A stretch of 64,000 nt of DNA from an uncultured Thermomicrobiales bacterium (lineage in GTDB: Bacteria > Chloroflexota > Chloroflexia > Thermomicrobiales > UBA6265). The DNA lies in assembly GCA_902806405.1 (NCBI GenBank), contig CADCWL010000011.1, positions 16,464 through 80,463 on the forward strand, in the 5' to 3' direction. The position numbers were made by a program, and so were the translations under genes. This document shows positions 36,889-45,659 of this stretch, one piece after another (within the stretch, counting starts at the first letter, position 1; each line of letters opens with the position of its first letter). The notes under the pieces were generated by a model. The model was not told the origin of the DNA. It made no database searches and saw only the letters and a program-made list of their open reading frames with translations.

Positions 36889-36998
36889 CTCACTTCACCT
36901 CCTCATCGTTTCCGCCGGCACGTCGGCCTCCGCTTCGTCGGGCGACCCGGCCCTGGGGCTCGGGAGGAAGAAATGGCGCGGCGGCGGGAGCGGACGCA

Positions 36999-38561
36999 TC
37001 ATCCACGTGGCACCGGCGGCAACGCGGCGGCCAGCAGCGCCAGGTGGAGCAGCGTCCGCGTCCCCGCATCCGCGGGATCGTAGCCGGTGAGAGCGCAGAT
37101 TTGACGCAGCCGATAGGCGAGCGTGTTGCGATGGATACGGAGTCGTGAGGCCGCTTCGACGTGGGATCCGCCCGTCTCCAGGTACGCGAGCAGCGTCTGC
37201 CGAAGCGTCCCCCGGCGATCGCGTTGCGGCAGCTCGCCGAGGGCATCCGCCGCGAAAGCGGCGAGATCGGAGCTGCCCCACGAGTCGTAGAGCAGCCGGA
37301 ACGCGCCGACGTCGCGCAGGTGGTCGAACCGGGCAACCGGCCCCCCCAGCATCCCCGTCGCGAGGAGGGCGCCGAGATAGCGGGCCTGGCGGGCGGCAAC
37401 GGGCAAAGGCCGCGGTCCGACCACCGGTGCCGACACCGCCATCCAAACCGGCCGTTCGGCGATCGGATTCGCCGCCTTCTCCACCCGCCGCGCGAACGCC
37501 AGGAGACGACCCGGCGACGCGTCCACGAGGACCGCGGCCTGCTCGTCGCGCACGTCGACGATCGCCGCCGGCCAGCCATCGAGCACCGTCGCGTCGTGGA
37601 CCGTTCCGGACGGTGCCAGGAGCCGCTGCAGGCCCGACGGCCCGAGCTCGGGCGACGCGACGGCGACGCGGAATGAGGCGTCGCTGGCCAACCCAAGAGT
37701 TACCGCGCGAGCGCCGAGGTCGACGACTGCGCCGTCGAGCGGGGCGAGGAAAGCGGCCAACGCCGCGGCCCGGGCGGGTCCCCGGGGCCGCGTCTCGACG
37801 GCGCGCGCCAGGGCCGCCTCCGCTGCCGCGGCAGCCCGCTCGCCGGCCAGCCGTGCCAGCGCCCTCGCTTCCGCAGCCACCGGTCCCAGCAGCAGCCTGC
37901 CCCCGCCGCTCAGCAGAACCTCGTGGTGCAAGCCGCCGCCGGACGTCCCGGGTCCTACCGCGAGGCCACGCCCGCCATCGCTCTCCGTCCCCACCGCCGC
38001 CAACCGCTGGCCATTCGCATCCACGATCTCCGCGGGGATCCCCAGCGCGTCCGCCGTCGCCGCGAGGACACGACCGACGTCCGCACCGACGCTCGTCAAC
38101 CCCGCGAGGAGACGGCCTAGCTCCGTCCCTGCCCGGTACAACTCCCCGCGGTGCTGCGTCAGCAGCCGGTTCAGGTCGCTCTCCAGATCCGCCGTCACCG
38201 GACCGACCGGGAGCACCACGATCGGCAACGGGGCGCCGATGGCGCGGAGGCCCGGCGGCACCGCCTCCGCTTCGAGGAGGACCCCCGCCGCGCCGTGAGC
38301 GGCCAACTCGCGCAGGAGCGGACCGATGGCAACGCCGCTCTCCGCCAGCACGCGGTGGGGGAGCAGGACGAGCTCGCCGCCCCGCATCGGCGGCAGCATC
38401 GGTGGCGACGCGCGGGCGGCCACCGCCCAGGTCAACTCCCGGTTTGCGCCGTGTCCCGCATCCCGTCCGCCGCGACCGCTCTCGCTCGGGGGACCGAACC
38501 CGCTTGCGGGGCGGAGGCGGGGCTCCCAGGCGAGGAGATCCCCGAGCGTAACTTCCGCCAT
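36999..38561 (-). CDS. PucR/CdaR-family transcriptional regulator
   Basis: C-terminal PucR-type HTH (LLAYLETGGSHVEAASRLRIHRNTLAYRLRQI). I trimmed the start to ATG 38561, which has a very strong RBS (GGAGGGAGAGGAGGAGG). Confidence 0.75.
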   Translation of the reverse strand: MAEVTLGDLLAWEPRLRPASGFGPPSESGRGGRDAGHGANRELTWAVAARASPPMLPPMRGGELVLLPHRVLAESGVAIGPLLRELAAHGAAGVLLEAEAVPPGLRAIGAPLPIVVLPVGPVTADLESDLNRLLTQHRGELYRAGTELGRLLAGLTSVGADVGRVLAATADALGIPAEIVDANGQRLAAVGTESDGGRGLAVGPGTSGGGLHHEVLLSGGGRLLLGPVAAEARALARLAGERAAAAAEAALARAVETRPRGPARAAALAAFLAPLDGAVVDLGARAVTLGLASDASFRVAVASPELGPSGLQRLLAPSGTVHDATVLDGWPAAIVDVRDEQAAVLVDASPGRLLAFARRVEKAANPIAERPVWMAVSAPVVGPRPLPVAARQARYLGALLATGMLGGPVARFDHLRDVGAFRLLYDSWGSSDLAAFAADALGELPQRDRRGTLRQTLLAYLETGGSHVEAASRLRIHRNTLAYRLRQICALTGYDPADAGTRTLLHLALLAAALPPVPRG

Positions 38562-38678
38562 CCTCCTCCTCTCCCTCCCGGCGCAATCCGGGCCGGCGAC
38601 GAGGCCGGCGGCGTGGTCACCGGCAAATCCAACCCTGCGAACCCCTATAGTACGGGAGAGCATCCCACCCTCGACGGA

Positions 38679-39617
38679 ATGGAGTCCGGCTTCGTCGTAT
38701 CGAAGAGTGGGAGCGAGGATTTGGGGCGCGTCCGATCGCCGCGCTCGAGCGGCAGCCACTGGGTGATCGGGGCTGCCAGCCTGATCGGGCTCGCCGCGTT
38801 CTTCTACCCGTTCTTCCTGCCGGTGGTCGCGCCGGTCGTGGACGGCGAGCGGCTCGCCCGGGCCGGGGAAGCACCGATCGTGCTGGCAGCGGTCACCGGT
38901 TGCTGTCTCCTCGCCATTCTGGCGGAGCTTGGCGGAGCGGGTGCCGGCCGCGCCGGCGCTGGCGGCACCGCCAAGACCGTCGCTCTCCTCGCCTCCCTGG
39001 TCGCCATCGACGCCACTCTCCGGCTGGCGCCGACGGTCCTCGGCGCATCGCCAATCTTCTTCCTGATCATGCTCGTCGGCGTTACCTTCGGCGCCGGCTT
39101 CGGCTTCACGATGGGGGCGCTCACCCTCCTCGTCTCGGCATTCCTGACGGGCGGACTGGGACCGTGGCTGCCCTACCAAATGCTCGGGGCCGGCTGGGTT
39201 GGGATGAGCGCGGGTTGGCTACCGAGCCACGGCACGCAACGGGGCCGCTTGGTGGCCCTCGCCGCGTTCGGGGCGGTGTGGGGTCTACTCTTCGGAGCGC
39301 TCCTCAACCTCTCGTCGTGGCCGTTCACGGCGCCGGGTCTAAGCGTCGACGCGGGTCTTTATCCGTCGCCCGGGATCTCTGCCGCGGAGACGCTGCAGCG
39401 CTACGGCCGCTTCTACCTCGTGACCTCGCTCCCGTACGATCTGCTCCGGGCCATCGGCAACGCCATGCTCGTCCTCCTGCTCGGCGGCCCCGTCCTGCGC
39501 CTCCTAGAGCGATTTCGCGATCGCTTCACCTGGCAGGAGGTGCCCGAGCGCGCGGTGCGGTTCGGGTCGTCCTCCCGGTCGCGACCCGGCTCTCCCGATT
39601 GCCGCGCGACCCCGTAG
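38679..39617 (+). CDS. Multi-pass membrane protein, ECF-transporter S-component-like
   Basis: About 7 predicted hydrophobic helices, and a GGLGPWLPYQMLG motif reminiscent of ECF S components. The start is uncertain (ATG 38679 or GTG 38613). The function is a pattern-level guess. Confidence 0.5.
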   Translation: MESGFVVSKSGSEDLGRVRSPRSSGSHWVIGAASLIGLAAFFYPFFLPVVAPVVDGERLARAGEAPIVLAAVTGCCLLAILAELGGAGAGRAGAGGTAKTVALLASLVAIDATLRLAPTVLGASPIFFLIMLVGVTFGAGFGFTMGALTLLVSAFLTGGLGPWLPYQMLGAGWVGMSAGWLPSHGTQRGRLVALAAFGAVWGLLFGALLNLSSWPFTAPGLSVDAGLYPSPGISAAETLQRYGRFYLVTSLPYDLLRAIGNAMLVLLLGGPVLRLLERFRDRFTWQEVPERAVRFGSSSRSRPGSPDCRATP

Positions 39618-39768
39618 ATTTCGCCACCTCGACGACGCTCCCTCCCTGCGCCCTGTCGCGATGCTTGCGGCATTGCGTCTAGACCGTTTCTTGCCTATCA
39701 TAGTGTGTACGTACACCCCACGGGTTGGGGTCGGTGTCCGTCCAGGAGGACCGCCGCGACCTTGACCC

Positions 39769-39817
39769 GATGGCACATCTTGTGCCTAGTCCCGACTGGG
39801 GTATACTACATCTTGCG
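39769..39817 (+). promoter_or_regulatory. Two NrdR-box-like repeats upstream of nrdJ
   Basis: ATGGCACATCTTGTGC (39769-39784) and ATACTACATCTTGCGT (39802-39817) share the core ACATCTTG(T/C)G and lie 33 bp apart. The second matches 12/16 positions of my recalled NrdR consensus acaCwAtATaTwGtgt; the first matches only about 9/16. Confidence 0.4.
39779..39806 (+). promoter_or_regulatory. Sigma70-like promoter of nrdJ
   Basis: TTGTGC (39779-39784), a 16-nt spacer, then TATACT (39801-39806). It overlaps both repeat boxes. The implied leader is about 240 nt. Confidence 0.4.
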
Positions 39818-40051
39818 TTTGGGGCGCCCCTCCCGATCATTCGATCATGGATCGTCCCACGTGAACAAGGGGAGGCGTCGAGGAGCACTCGCCGGAAACC
39901 GGCGCCACGCTTCTCGGACGCAGTACCGCCGCCGTCGCTCCGCCGATCTCGGCTCGTCCGCAGGACCGGGGTCAACTTTCCACGTTGCGTCGGTCGCGCC
40001 GCGGCCGAATCAGAGACCCGGTGGGGGTCGCGAGCGGGGAGCTAGACCGAG

Positions 40052-43000
40052 ATGTCCGAGATGGCGCGAAGCGAAGGTAGGCGGCAGGACGAACGGCAGG
40101 GGGGAAAGGGCGGCGGCGTCGGCGAAACGCCGCGACGGACGCACGGCGGCGCCGTCAATGGTGGCCTCGCGATCCGGCGTCGGTTCACGGAAGCGGGTGA
40201 CGACCCCTTCGCAAAGGTGGCCTGGAGCCGCCGCACGTCGCGAATCACGAACCCCGACGGCTCAGTCGTTTTCGAGATGGCGGACGCCGAGGTGCCGGCC
40301 GCTTGGTCGCAGATGGCCTCCGACATCATGGTCTCCAAGTACTTCCGGAAAGCGGGCGTGCCGCAGCTCGACACGGCCGGCGCGCCGATCCTGGATGATG
40401 CGGGCAACGCGGTCCTCGGCCCGGAGCGCTCGGCGCGGCAGGTGATCCACCGCCTCGCGGGCTGCTGGCGGGAGTGGGGCGAGCGCCACGGCTACTTCGC
40501 CACCGCCGAGGACGCCCAAGCCTTCTACGACGAGATCTGCCACATGCTCGTCCACCAGATGGCGGCGCCAAACTCGCCTCAGTGGTTCAACACCGGCCTC
40601 AGCTGGGCCTACAACATCACCGGCCCGTCCCAGGGGCACTACTACGTCGACCCCGACGACGGCGAGCTGAAGCTGAGCGAGGACGCCTACACCAGAGCCC
40701 AGGTCCACGCTTGCTTCATCCAGAGCGTCGACGACACCCTGGTCGGCGACGGCGGCCTGATGGACCTCTGGGTGCGCGAGGCGCGGATCTTCAAGTACGG
40801 CTCCGGCACCGGCACCAACTTCTCCAGGGTACGCGGCGAGGGCGAGCCACTCTCCGGTGGCGGCACCTCCTCCGGCCTGATGAGCTTCCTCAAGGTCGGA
40901 GACCGCGCGGCCGGCGCGATCAAGAGCGGCGGCACGACCCGCCGCGCCGCGAAGATGGTCTGCCTCGATCTTGACCACCCCGATATCGAGCGTTTCGTCA
41001 CCTGGAAGGCGGACGAGGAGAAGAAGGTTGCGGCGCTGATCGCGGCCGGCTACCCGGCCGACTACAACGGCGACGCCTACGCAACCGTCTCCGGCCAGAA
41101 CTCCAACAACTCGGTCCGGGTCCCGAACGCCTTCGTCGACGCGGTCGAGTCCGACGGCGAGTGGGCGTTGACGCGCCGCACCGACGGCGCCGTCGCCAAG
41201 ACGGTCCGCGCCCGCGACCTCTGGTTGAAGATCGCGGAGGCGGCCTGGCAGTGCGCCGATCCGGGCCTTCAGTTCGACTCGACGATCAACGAATGGCACA
41301 CCTGTCCCGAAGGGGGGCGGATCAACGCCTCAAACCCCTGCTCCGAGTACATGTTCCTCGACGATACGGCCTGCAACCTGGCGTCGCTGAACCTGCTCAC
41401 CTTCCTCGACGTCGAGACGGGCACATTCGACGTCGAGGCCTACCGGCACGCCGTTCGGATCTGGACGATCGTGCTCGAGATCAGCGTCTTGATGGCGCAG
41501 TTCCCGAGCGAGCAAATCGCCCGTCTCTCCTACGACTACCGGACGCTCGGCCTGGGCTACGCCAACCTCGGCACGGTGCTGATGTTGCTTGGCCTGCCCT
41601 ACGACTCCGACGAGGCCCGCGCCTACGCCGGCGCCGTCACTGCGATCCTGACCGGGGAGAGCTACGCGGCCTCCGCCGAGCTGGCGGAGCAGCTCGGCCC
41701 CTTCCCCAAGTACGCTGCGAACGAAAGCCACATGCTCCGGGTCATTCGGAATCACCGGCGCGCCGCCTACGCTGCGCCGGAGGGGGAGTACGAGGCGCTG
41801 TCGGTGCGGCCGATGGCGATCGACGCGACGCTCGCGCCGCCCGACCTGCTGGCCGCGGCGCGGGAGACGTGGGACCGGGCCCTCGCGGCGGGGGAGCGGC
41901 ACGGCTACCGCAACGCCCAAACCACGCTGCTCGCCCCGACCGGGACGATCGGTCTGCTCATGGACTGCGACACGACGGGGGTCGAGCCGGACTTCGCCCT
42001 CGTCAAGTTCAAGAAGCTCGCCGGCGGCGGCTATTTCAAGATCGCGAACCAGAGCCTCGCGCCGGCCCTGAAGAACCTCGGTTACGGGGACGTGGAGCGG
42101 CAGGAGATTCTGGACTACGTCCTTGGCTCCCTGCGCCTCGACGGGGCTCCGCACGTCAATCGCGCGAGCCTCCGGGCGAAGGGCTTCAGCGACGACGACC
42201 TGGCGAAGATCGAGCGCGCACTGCCGGGCGTCTTCGAGCTGTCGTTCGCCTTCAACGCTTGGACCCTGGGCGAGGAAGCGCTGGCTCGCGTCGGCGTCTC
42301 GTTGGGGGCGGCGAGTGAGCCTGGCTTCGACCTCCTCGCGGCCCTCGGCTTCTCCCGCCGGGAGATCGACGAGGCGAACGAGACCATCTGCGGCACGATG
42401 ACGGTCGAGGGTGCCCCCCACCTGCGGCCGGAACACCTAGCGGTCTTCGACTGCGCGAACCGGTGCGGCAAGAAGGGCGAGCGTTTCATCCACCACCTTG
42501 GCCACGTCAAGATGATGAGCGCCGCCCAGAGCTTCCTCTCGGGCGCGATCTCGAAGACGATCAACATGCCGCACGAGGCGACGGTTGACGACGTGACCGA
42601 CGCCTACATGGAGAGCTGGAAGCACGGCCTGAAGGCAATGGCGCTCTACCGCGACGGCTCCAAGCTGAGCCAGCCCCTCTCGACCAAGAGCGACGTCGGG
42701 GTCAAGGAGGGCACCGAGGCGGAGATCGAGCACGAGGATCGGGTCCAGGCCCGGGTCGACGAGGCCGTTGCCGCGGCCGTCGCCCAAGCGCGCGCCGATT
42801 TCGAGGCGGAGCGCCGCCGCCACGAGGCGGAGCGCCCACTAGAGCTGCCGATGGCGCCGCCGGTGGCGATCCCGGCCGTGGCCGCCCCCGCCGGAGCGGC
42901 GTCGAACCGACGCCGGCTTCCGGTCAAGCGGCACGGCTTTACCCAGGAGGCACGGGTCGCCGGCAACAAGCTCTTCCTGCGGACCGGCGAGTACGAGGAC

Positions 43001-43645
43001 GGCACCCTCGGCGAGATCTTCATCGACATGTACAAGGAGGGTGCCGCCTTCCGCTCGATCATCAACTGCTTCACGATCGCGATTTCGAAGGGACTCCAAT
43101 ACGGCGTCCCGCTCGAAGAGTTCGTCGACACCTTTACCTTCACGCGGTTCGAGCCACAGGGGATGGTCACGGGGCACCCCAACATCAAAATGTCGACCTC
43201 GATCATCGACTACGTCTTCCGGGTCCTCGGCCTGGAGTACCTCGGCCGCACCGATCTCGCCCAGGTCCCGCCGGAGTTCGACAACGCGCTGGACGGCGAG
43301 TCCGGGCCGATTGACGCACCGATGCCGGTGGCCGCGCCGGTCGCGAACCCGTCGACCGCCGTCGCGGCGCAGACATCGACGGCGTCCCTTGGTGCCCCTG
43401 GGAAGACCAACGGGAACGGCCACGCGAACGGCAACGGCAACGGTACCCACCACACCGCCGCGGCCGGGTCGACGCCGAGCGCCACGGCGCTCCTAGAAGG
43501 CACCGCCCCGCTGGACATGCTCGACGCTCACCTCGCCGAGATGATGGGCGACGCGCCCTTCTGCGACGTCTGTGGCCACATCACGGTCCGTAATGGCGCC
43601 TGCTACAAGTGCCTCAACTGCGGGAACAGCCTCGGCTGCTCTTGA
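40052..43645 (+). CDS. nrdJ: Class II (adenosylcobalamin-dependent) ribonucleoside-diphosphate/triphosphate reductase
   Basis: 1197 aa. RNR core motifs are present (NPCSEY active-site region, SGGTTRRAA, TTGVEPDFALVKFK). The C-terminal zinc ribbon CDVCGHITVRNGACYKCLNCGNSLGCS is typical of long NrdJ. Confidence 0.9.
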   Translation: MSEMARSEGRRQDERQGGKGGGVGETPRRTHGGAVNGGLAIRRRFTEAGDDPFAKVAWSRRTSRITNPDGSVVFEMADAEVPAAWSQMASDIMVSKYFRKAGVPQLDTAGAPILDDAGNAVLGPERSARQVIHRLAGCWREWGERHGYFATAEDAQAFYDEICHMLVHQMAAPNSPQWFNTGLSWAYNITGPSQGHYYVDPDDGELKLSEDAYTRAQVHACFIQSVDDTLVGDGGLMDLWVREARIFKYGSGTGTNFSRVRGEGEPLSGGGTSSGLMSFLKVGDRAAGAIKSGGTTRRAAKMVCLDLDHPDIERFVTWKADEEKKVAALIAAGYPADYNGDAYATVSGQNSNNSVRVPNAFVDAVESDGEWALTRRTDGAVAKTVRARDLWLKIAEAAWQCADPGLQFDSTINEWHTCPEGGRINASNPCSEYMFLDDTACNLASLNLLTFLDVETGTFDVEAYRHAVRIWTIVLEISVLMAQFPSEQIARLSYDYRTLGLGYANLGTVLMLLGLPYDSDEARAYAGAVTAILTGESYAASAELAEQLGPFPKYAANESHMLRVIRNHRRAAYAAPEGEYEALSVRPMAIDATLAPPDLLAAARETWDRALAAGERHGYRNAQTTLLAPTGTIGLLMDCDTTGVEPDFALVKFKKLAGGGYFKIANQSLAPALKNLGYGDVERQEILDYVLGSLRLDGAPHVNRASLRAKGFSDDDLAKIERALPGVFELSFAFNAWTLGEEALARVGVSLGAASEPGFDLLAALGFSRREIDEANETICGTMTVEGAPHLRPEHLAVFDCANRCGKKGERFIHHLGHVKMMSAAQSFLSGAISKTINMPHEATVDDVTDAYMESWKHGLKAMALYRDGSKLSQPLSTKSDVGVKEGTEAEIEHEDRVQARVDEAVAAAVAQARADFEAERRRHEAERPLELPMAPPVAIPAVAAPAGAASNRRRLPVKRHGFTQEARVAGNKLFLRTGEYEDGTLGEIFIDMYKEGAAFRSIINCFTIAISKGLQYGVPLEEFVDTFTFTRFEPQGMVTGHPNIKMSTSIIDYVFRVLGLEYLGRTDLAQVPPEFDNALDGESGPIDAPMPVAAPVANPSTAVAAQTSTASLGAPGKTNGNGHANGNGNGTHHTAAAGSTPSATALLEGTAPLDMLDAHLAEMMGDAPFCDVCGHITVRNGACYKCLNCGNSLGCS

Positions 43646-43654
43646 TCGATCCTC

Positions 43655-43742
43655 GGGGCCGTCGCCGACGTCGCGCCGCCCGGCGACGGCCCCGAGTGGA
43701 ACAGAACGGCGGCCGGGCTGGTGCCCGGCCGCCGTTCTGTTC
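43655..43742. terminator. Tandem GC-rich hairpins between convergent nrdJ and cysK (likely bidirectional terminator)
   Basis: Hairpin 1: GGGGCCGTCGCCG (43655-43667) pairs with CGGCGACGGCCCC (43681-43693). Hairpin 2 is a perfect 20-bp stem, GAACAGAACGGCGGCCGGGC (43699-43718), loop tggt, GCCCGGCCGCCGTTCTGTTC (43723-43742). Confidence 0.6.
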
Positions 43743-43772
43743 AGCCTGTGTTTCCGCCGCCAGTGAAGAACG

Positions 43773-44801
43773 CTACGTCGTCGCCGTCATCGCCGCCGCC
43801 TGCTCGCGCAGGTCGGCGAAGAGCGGCGTGCTGAGGTAACGCTCGCCGGTGTCCGGCAGGACGGCGACGATCAGCTTGCCGCGGTTCTCCTCGCGGGCGG
43901 CGATCCGCCGCCCCGCTTCGGCGGCCGCGCCGCAGGAGATGCCCTTCAACAGGCCCTCCCTCCGCATCAGCTCCCGTTGGGCCGCCATCGCGGTCGGCGC
44001 GTCGACGTGGATGATCTCGTCGTAGATGTCGCGGTCGAGAACATCGGGCACGAAGTTGGCACCGATCCCTTGGATCTTGTGGGAACCGGCGGAGCCGCCC
44101 GCCAGGAGCGGTGACTCGGCCGGCTCGACAGCGACCACCTGGAGACCGGGCTTCAACGCCTTCAAGACCTGTCCGGCGCCGGTGATCGTGCCACCCGTGC
44201 CGATGCCGCCGACTAGGACGTCGATGGCGCCACCGGTGTCCTCCCAGAGCTCGACCGCCGTTGTCCGGCGGTGGATCTCCGGGTTGGCCGGGTTCCGGAA
44301 CTGCTGGGGCATCCAGGCGTCGGCCGTCTCCGCCAGGATGCGCTCCGCGCGGGCGACCGCCCCGGCCATCCCTTCGGCGGCGGGGGTCAGGATCAACTCG
44401 GCGCCGTAGCCGAGCAGCAGCACCCGCCGCTCCAGGCTCATGCTCTCGGGCATCGTCAGGATGAGGCGGTAACCGCGAGCGGCTGCGACCCAGGCAAGCG
44501 CGATGCCCGTATTGCCGCTCGTCGGTTCGACGATGGTGGTGACGCCCGGTCGGATCTCGCCACGCCGCTCCGCGTCGTCGACCATCGCGACGCCGATGCG
44601 ATCCTTAACCGAGAATCCGGGGCTGAACGACTCGAGCTTGCCGACGAGCGTACCCGGAAGGTCGCCCGCAAAGCGGCTCAACCGGACCAGCGGGGTGTTC
44701 CCGATGAGGGCGGTCGCGTCGTTGGCGATCCCGGGACGTTGGTACCGAGGCGGGAGTTGCACCGCCTCGACTGCGGTAGGGCGAACGAGCGTGTCGGTCA
44801 T
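43773..44801 (-). CDS. cysK: Cysteine synthase (O-acetylserine/O-phosphoserine sulfhydrylase family, PLP-dependent)
   Basis: PLP-lysine motif SVKDR, the loop TSGNTG, and GIGTGGT. CysK and CysM subtypes cannot be told apart by eye. Confidence 0.85.
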   Translation of the reverse strand: MTDTLVRPTAVEAVQLPPRYQRPGIANDATALIGNTPLVRLSRFAGDLPGTLVGKLESFSPGFSVKDRIGVAMVDDAERRGEIRPGVTTIVEPTSGNTGIALAWVAAARGYRLILTMPESMSLERRVLLLGYGAELILTPAAEGMAGAVARAERILAETADAWMPQQFRNPANPEIHRRTTAVELWEDTGGAIDVLVGGIGTGGTITGAGQVLKALKPGLQVVAVEPAESPLLAGGSAGSHKIQGIGANFVPDVLDRDIYDEIIHVDAPTAMAAQRELMRREGLLKGISCGAAAEAGRRIAAREENRGKLIVAVLPDTGERYLSTPLFADLREQAAAMTATT

Positions 44802-44865
44802 ATCGCCTGTCCTTTTTCTGAGCCGCGACGACCGCCGGAGAGGACCTCGTCGCCGTTAGATCGCC

Positions 44866-44894
44866 ATTCTACAGTTCTAGATCAACATAAGCAA
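44866..44894 (-). promoter_or_regulatory. Sigma70-like promoter of cysK
   Basis: On the minus strand: TTGCTT (-35), a 17-nt spacer, then TAGAAT (-10). It lies in the AT-richest patch of the region, about 60 nt upstream of ATG 44801. Confidence 0.4.
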
Positions 44895-44939
44895 GCCGGA
44901 TTGTTCATGCCGTTGGTGGGGGGACGTGTTCTGCGAGCC

Positions 44940-45659
44940 CTACACTGCTTCGGTTGCAGATGTGGCCGGGCTCCTCACCTCGCGCTGGTAGTCTGCCTCG
45001 CTCCCGATCCAGCTGGCGCCGTCGGCATAGTGCTCCTTTTTCCAGATTGGGACGATCTCCTTGATCCGCTCGATGGCGTAGGCGCAGGCCGCGAACGCCT
45101 CCCCCCGATGCGGGGCGGCGACGGCGATGATGACGCTCGCCTCGCCGACGCTCAGCGACCCGGTCCGGTGAACGATGGCGACGCCCGGCAGTCCCCACCG
45201 TTCCTCGATCTCTCGGCCGATCTGCGCCAGCATCTTCTCCGCGGCCGGCACAAACGCCTCGTAGTCGAGGGTGGTCACGACCTGCCCTCGGGCGTTGTCG
45301 CGGACCACGCCGGTGAACGTGACAACGGCGCCGGCGCTGGGTCCGGCGACCGACGCTTCGACCGGTCGAGGGTCAAGTGGCTCCGCCTGCACCCGGAACC
45401 GGCCGTCAGCACCGTCGCCGCCGCTCACCGGTGGGATCAGCGCCAGTTCGTCCCCATCGCTCAGAGGGCGGTCCGCGGGCGAAAACTCCTGGTTCACCAT
45501 GAACATCGTAGCCGGCCGCATCGGTGCCAGTCGGGGCGTCTCCTCCGCGAGCAGATTGAACAACTCGGCCGCAGTCGTGCCCGTCGCGACCGTCCGTGTC
45601 TCCTCGCCGCGGCCAAGCGTCTCCCGAATGGTCGCGAAGTACCGCAGCGTGATCTTCAC
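44940..45659 (-). CDS. moaDE: Fused molybdopterin synthase subunits MoaD-MoaE
   Basis: The MoaD-like N-terminus VKITLRYFATIRE...ELALIPPVSGG ends in Gly-Gly at codons 80-81. It continues in frame into a MoaE-like domain (AGAVVTFTGVVRD...VAAPHRGEAF...IVPIWKKE). The start is GTG 45659 (GGGGTGGGGA upstream) or ATG 45695. Confidence 0.8.
   Translation of the reverse strand: MKITLRYFATIRETLGRGEETRTVATGTTAAELFNLLAEETPRLAPMRPATMFMVNQEFSPADRPLSDGDELALIPPVSGGDGADGRFRVQAEPLDPRPVEASVAGPSAGAVVTFTGVVRDNARGQVVTTLDYEAFVPAAEKMLAQIGREIEERWGLPGVAIVHRTGSLSVGEASVIIAVAAPHRGEAFAACAYAIERIKEIVPIWKKEHYADGASWIGSEADYQREVRSPATSATEAV

Noticed and set aside
36895-38586. Alternative-frame ORFs over the PucR regulator gene: 36895..38586 minus (563 aa) and 37145..38551 plus (468 aa).
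   Set aside because: They give Arg/Gly/Pro-rich nonsense. Only the 36999..38561 frame gives a PucR C-terminal HTH and has a strong RBS.
40008-40023. B12-box-like AATCAGAGACCCGGTG in the nrdJ leader, as evidence for a cobalamin riboswitch feature call.
   Set aside because: It needs a gap to align with the B12-box consensus, and I could not find the GCCACTG-type core or the conserved GGTG..AA..CC elements. It is kept only as a low-confidence item to test, not as a feature.
40052-43645. A possible intein or other insertion explaining the 1197-aa length of NrdJ, including the NGNGHANGNGNG stretch near 43400-43450.
   Set aside because: I saw no intein block motifs (an N-terminal Cys/Ser splice junction with a terminal HN followed by Cys/Ser/Thr). 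The extra length is in linker and low-complexity regions, and long NrdJ forms of this size are known.
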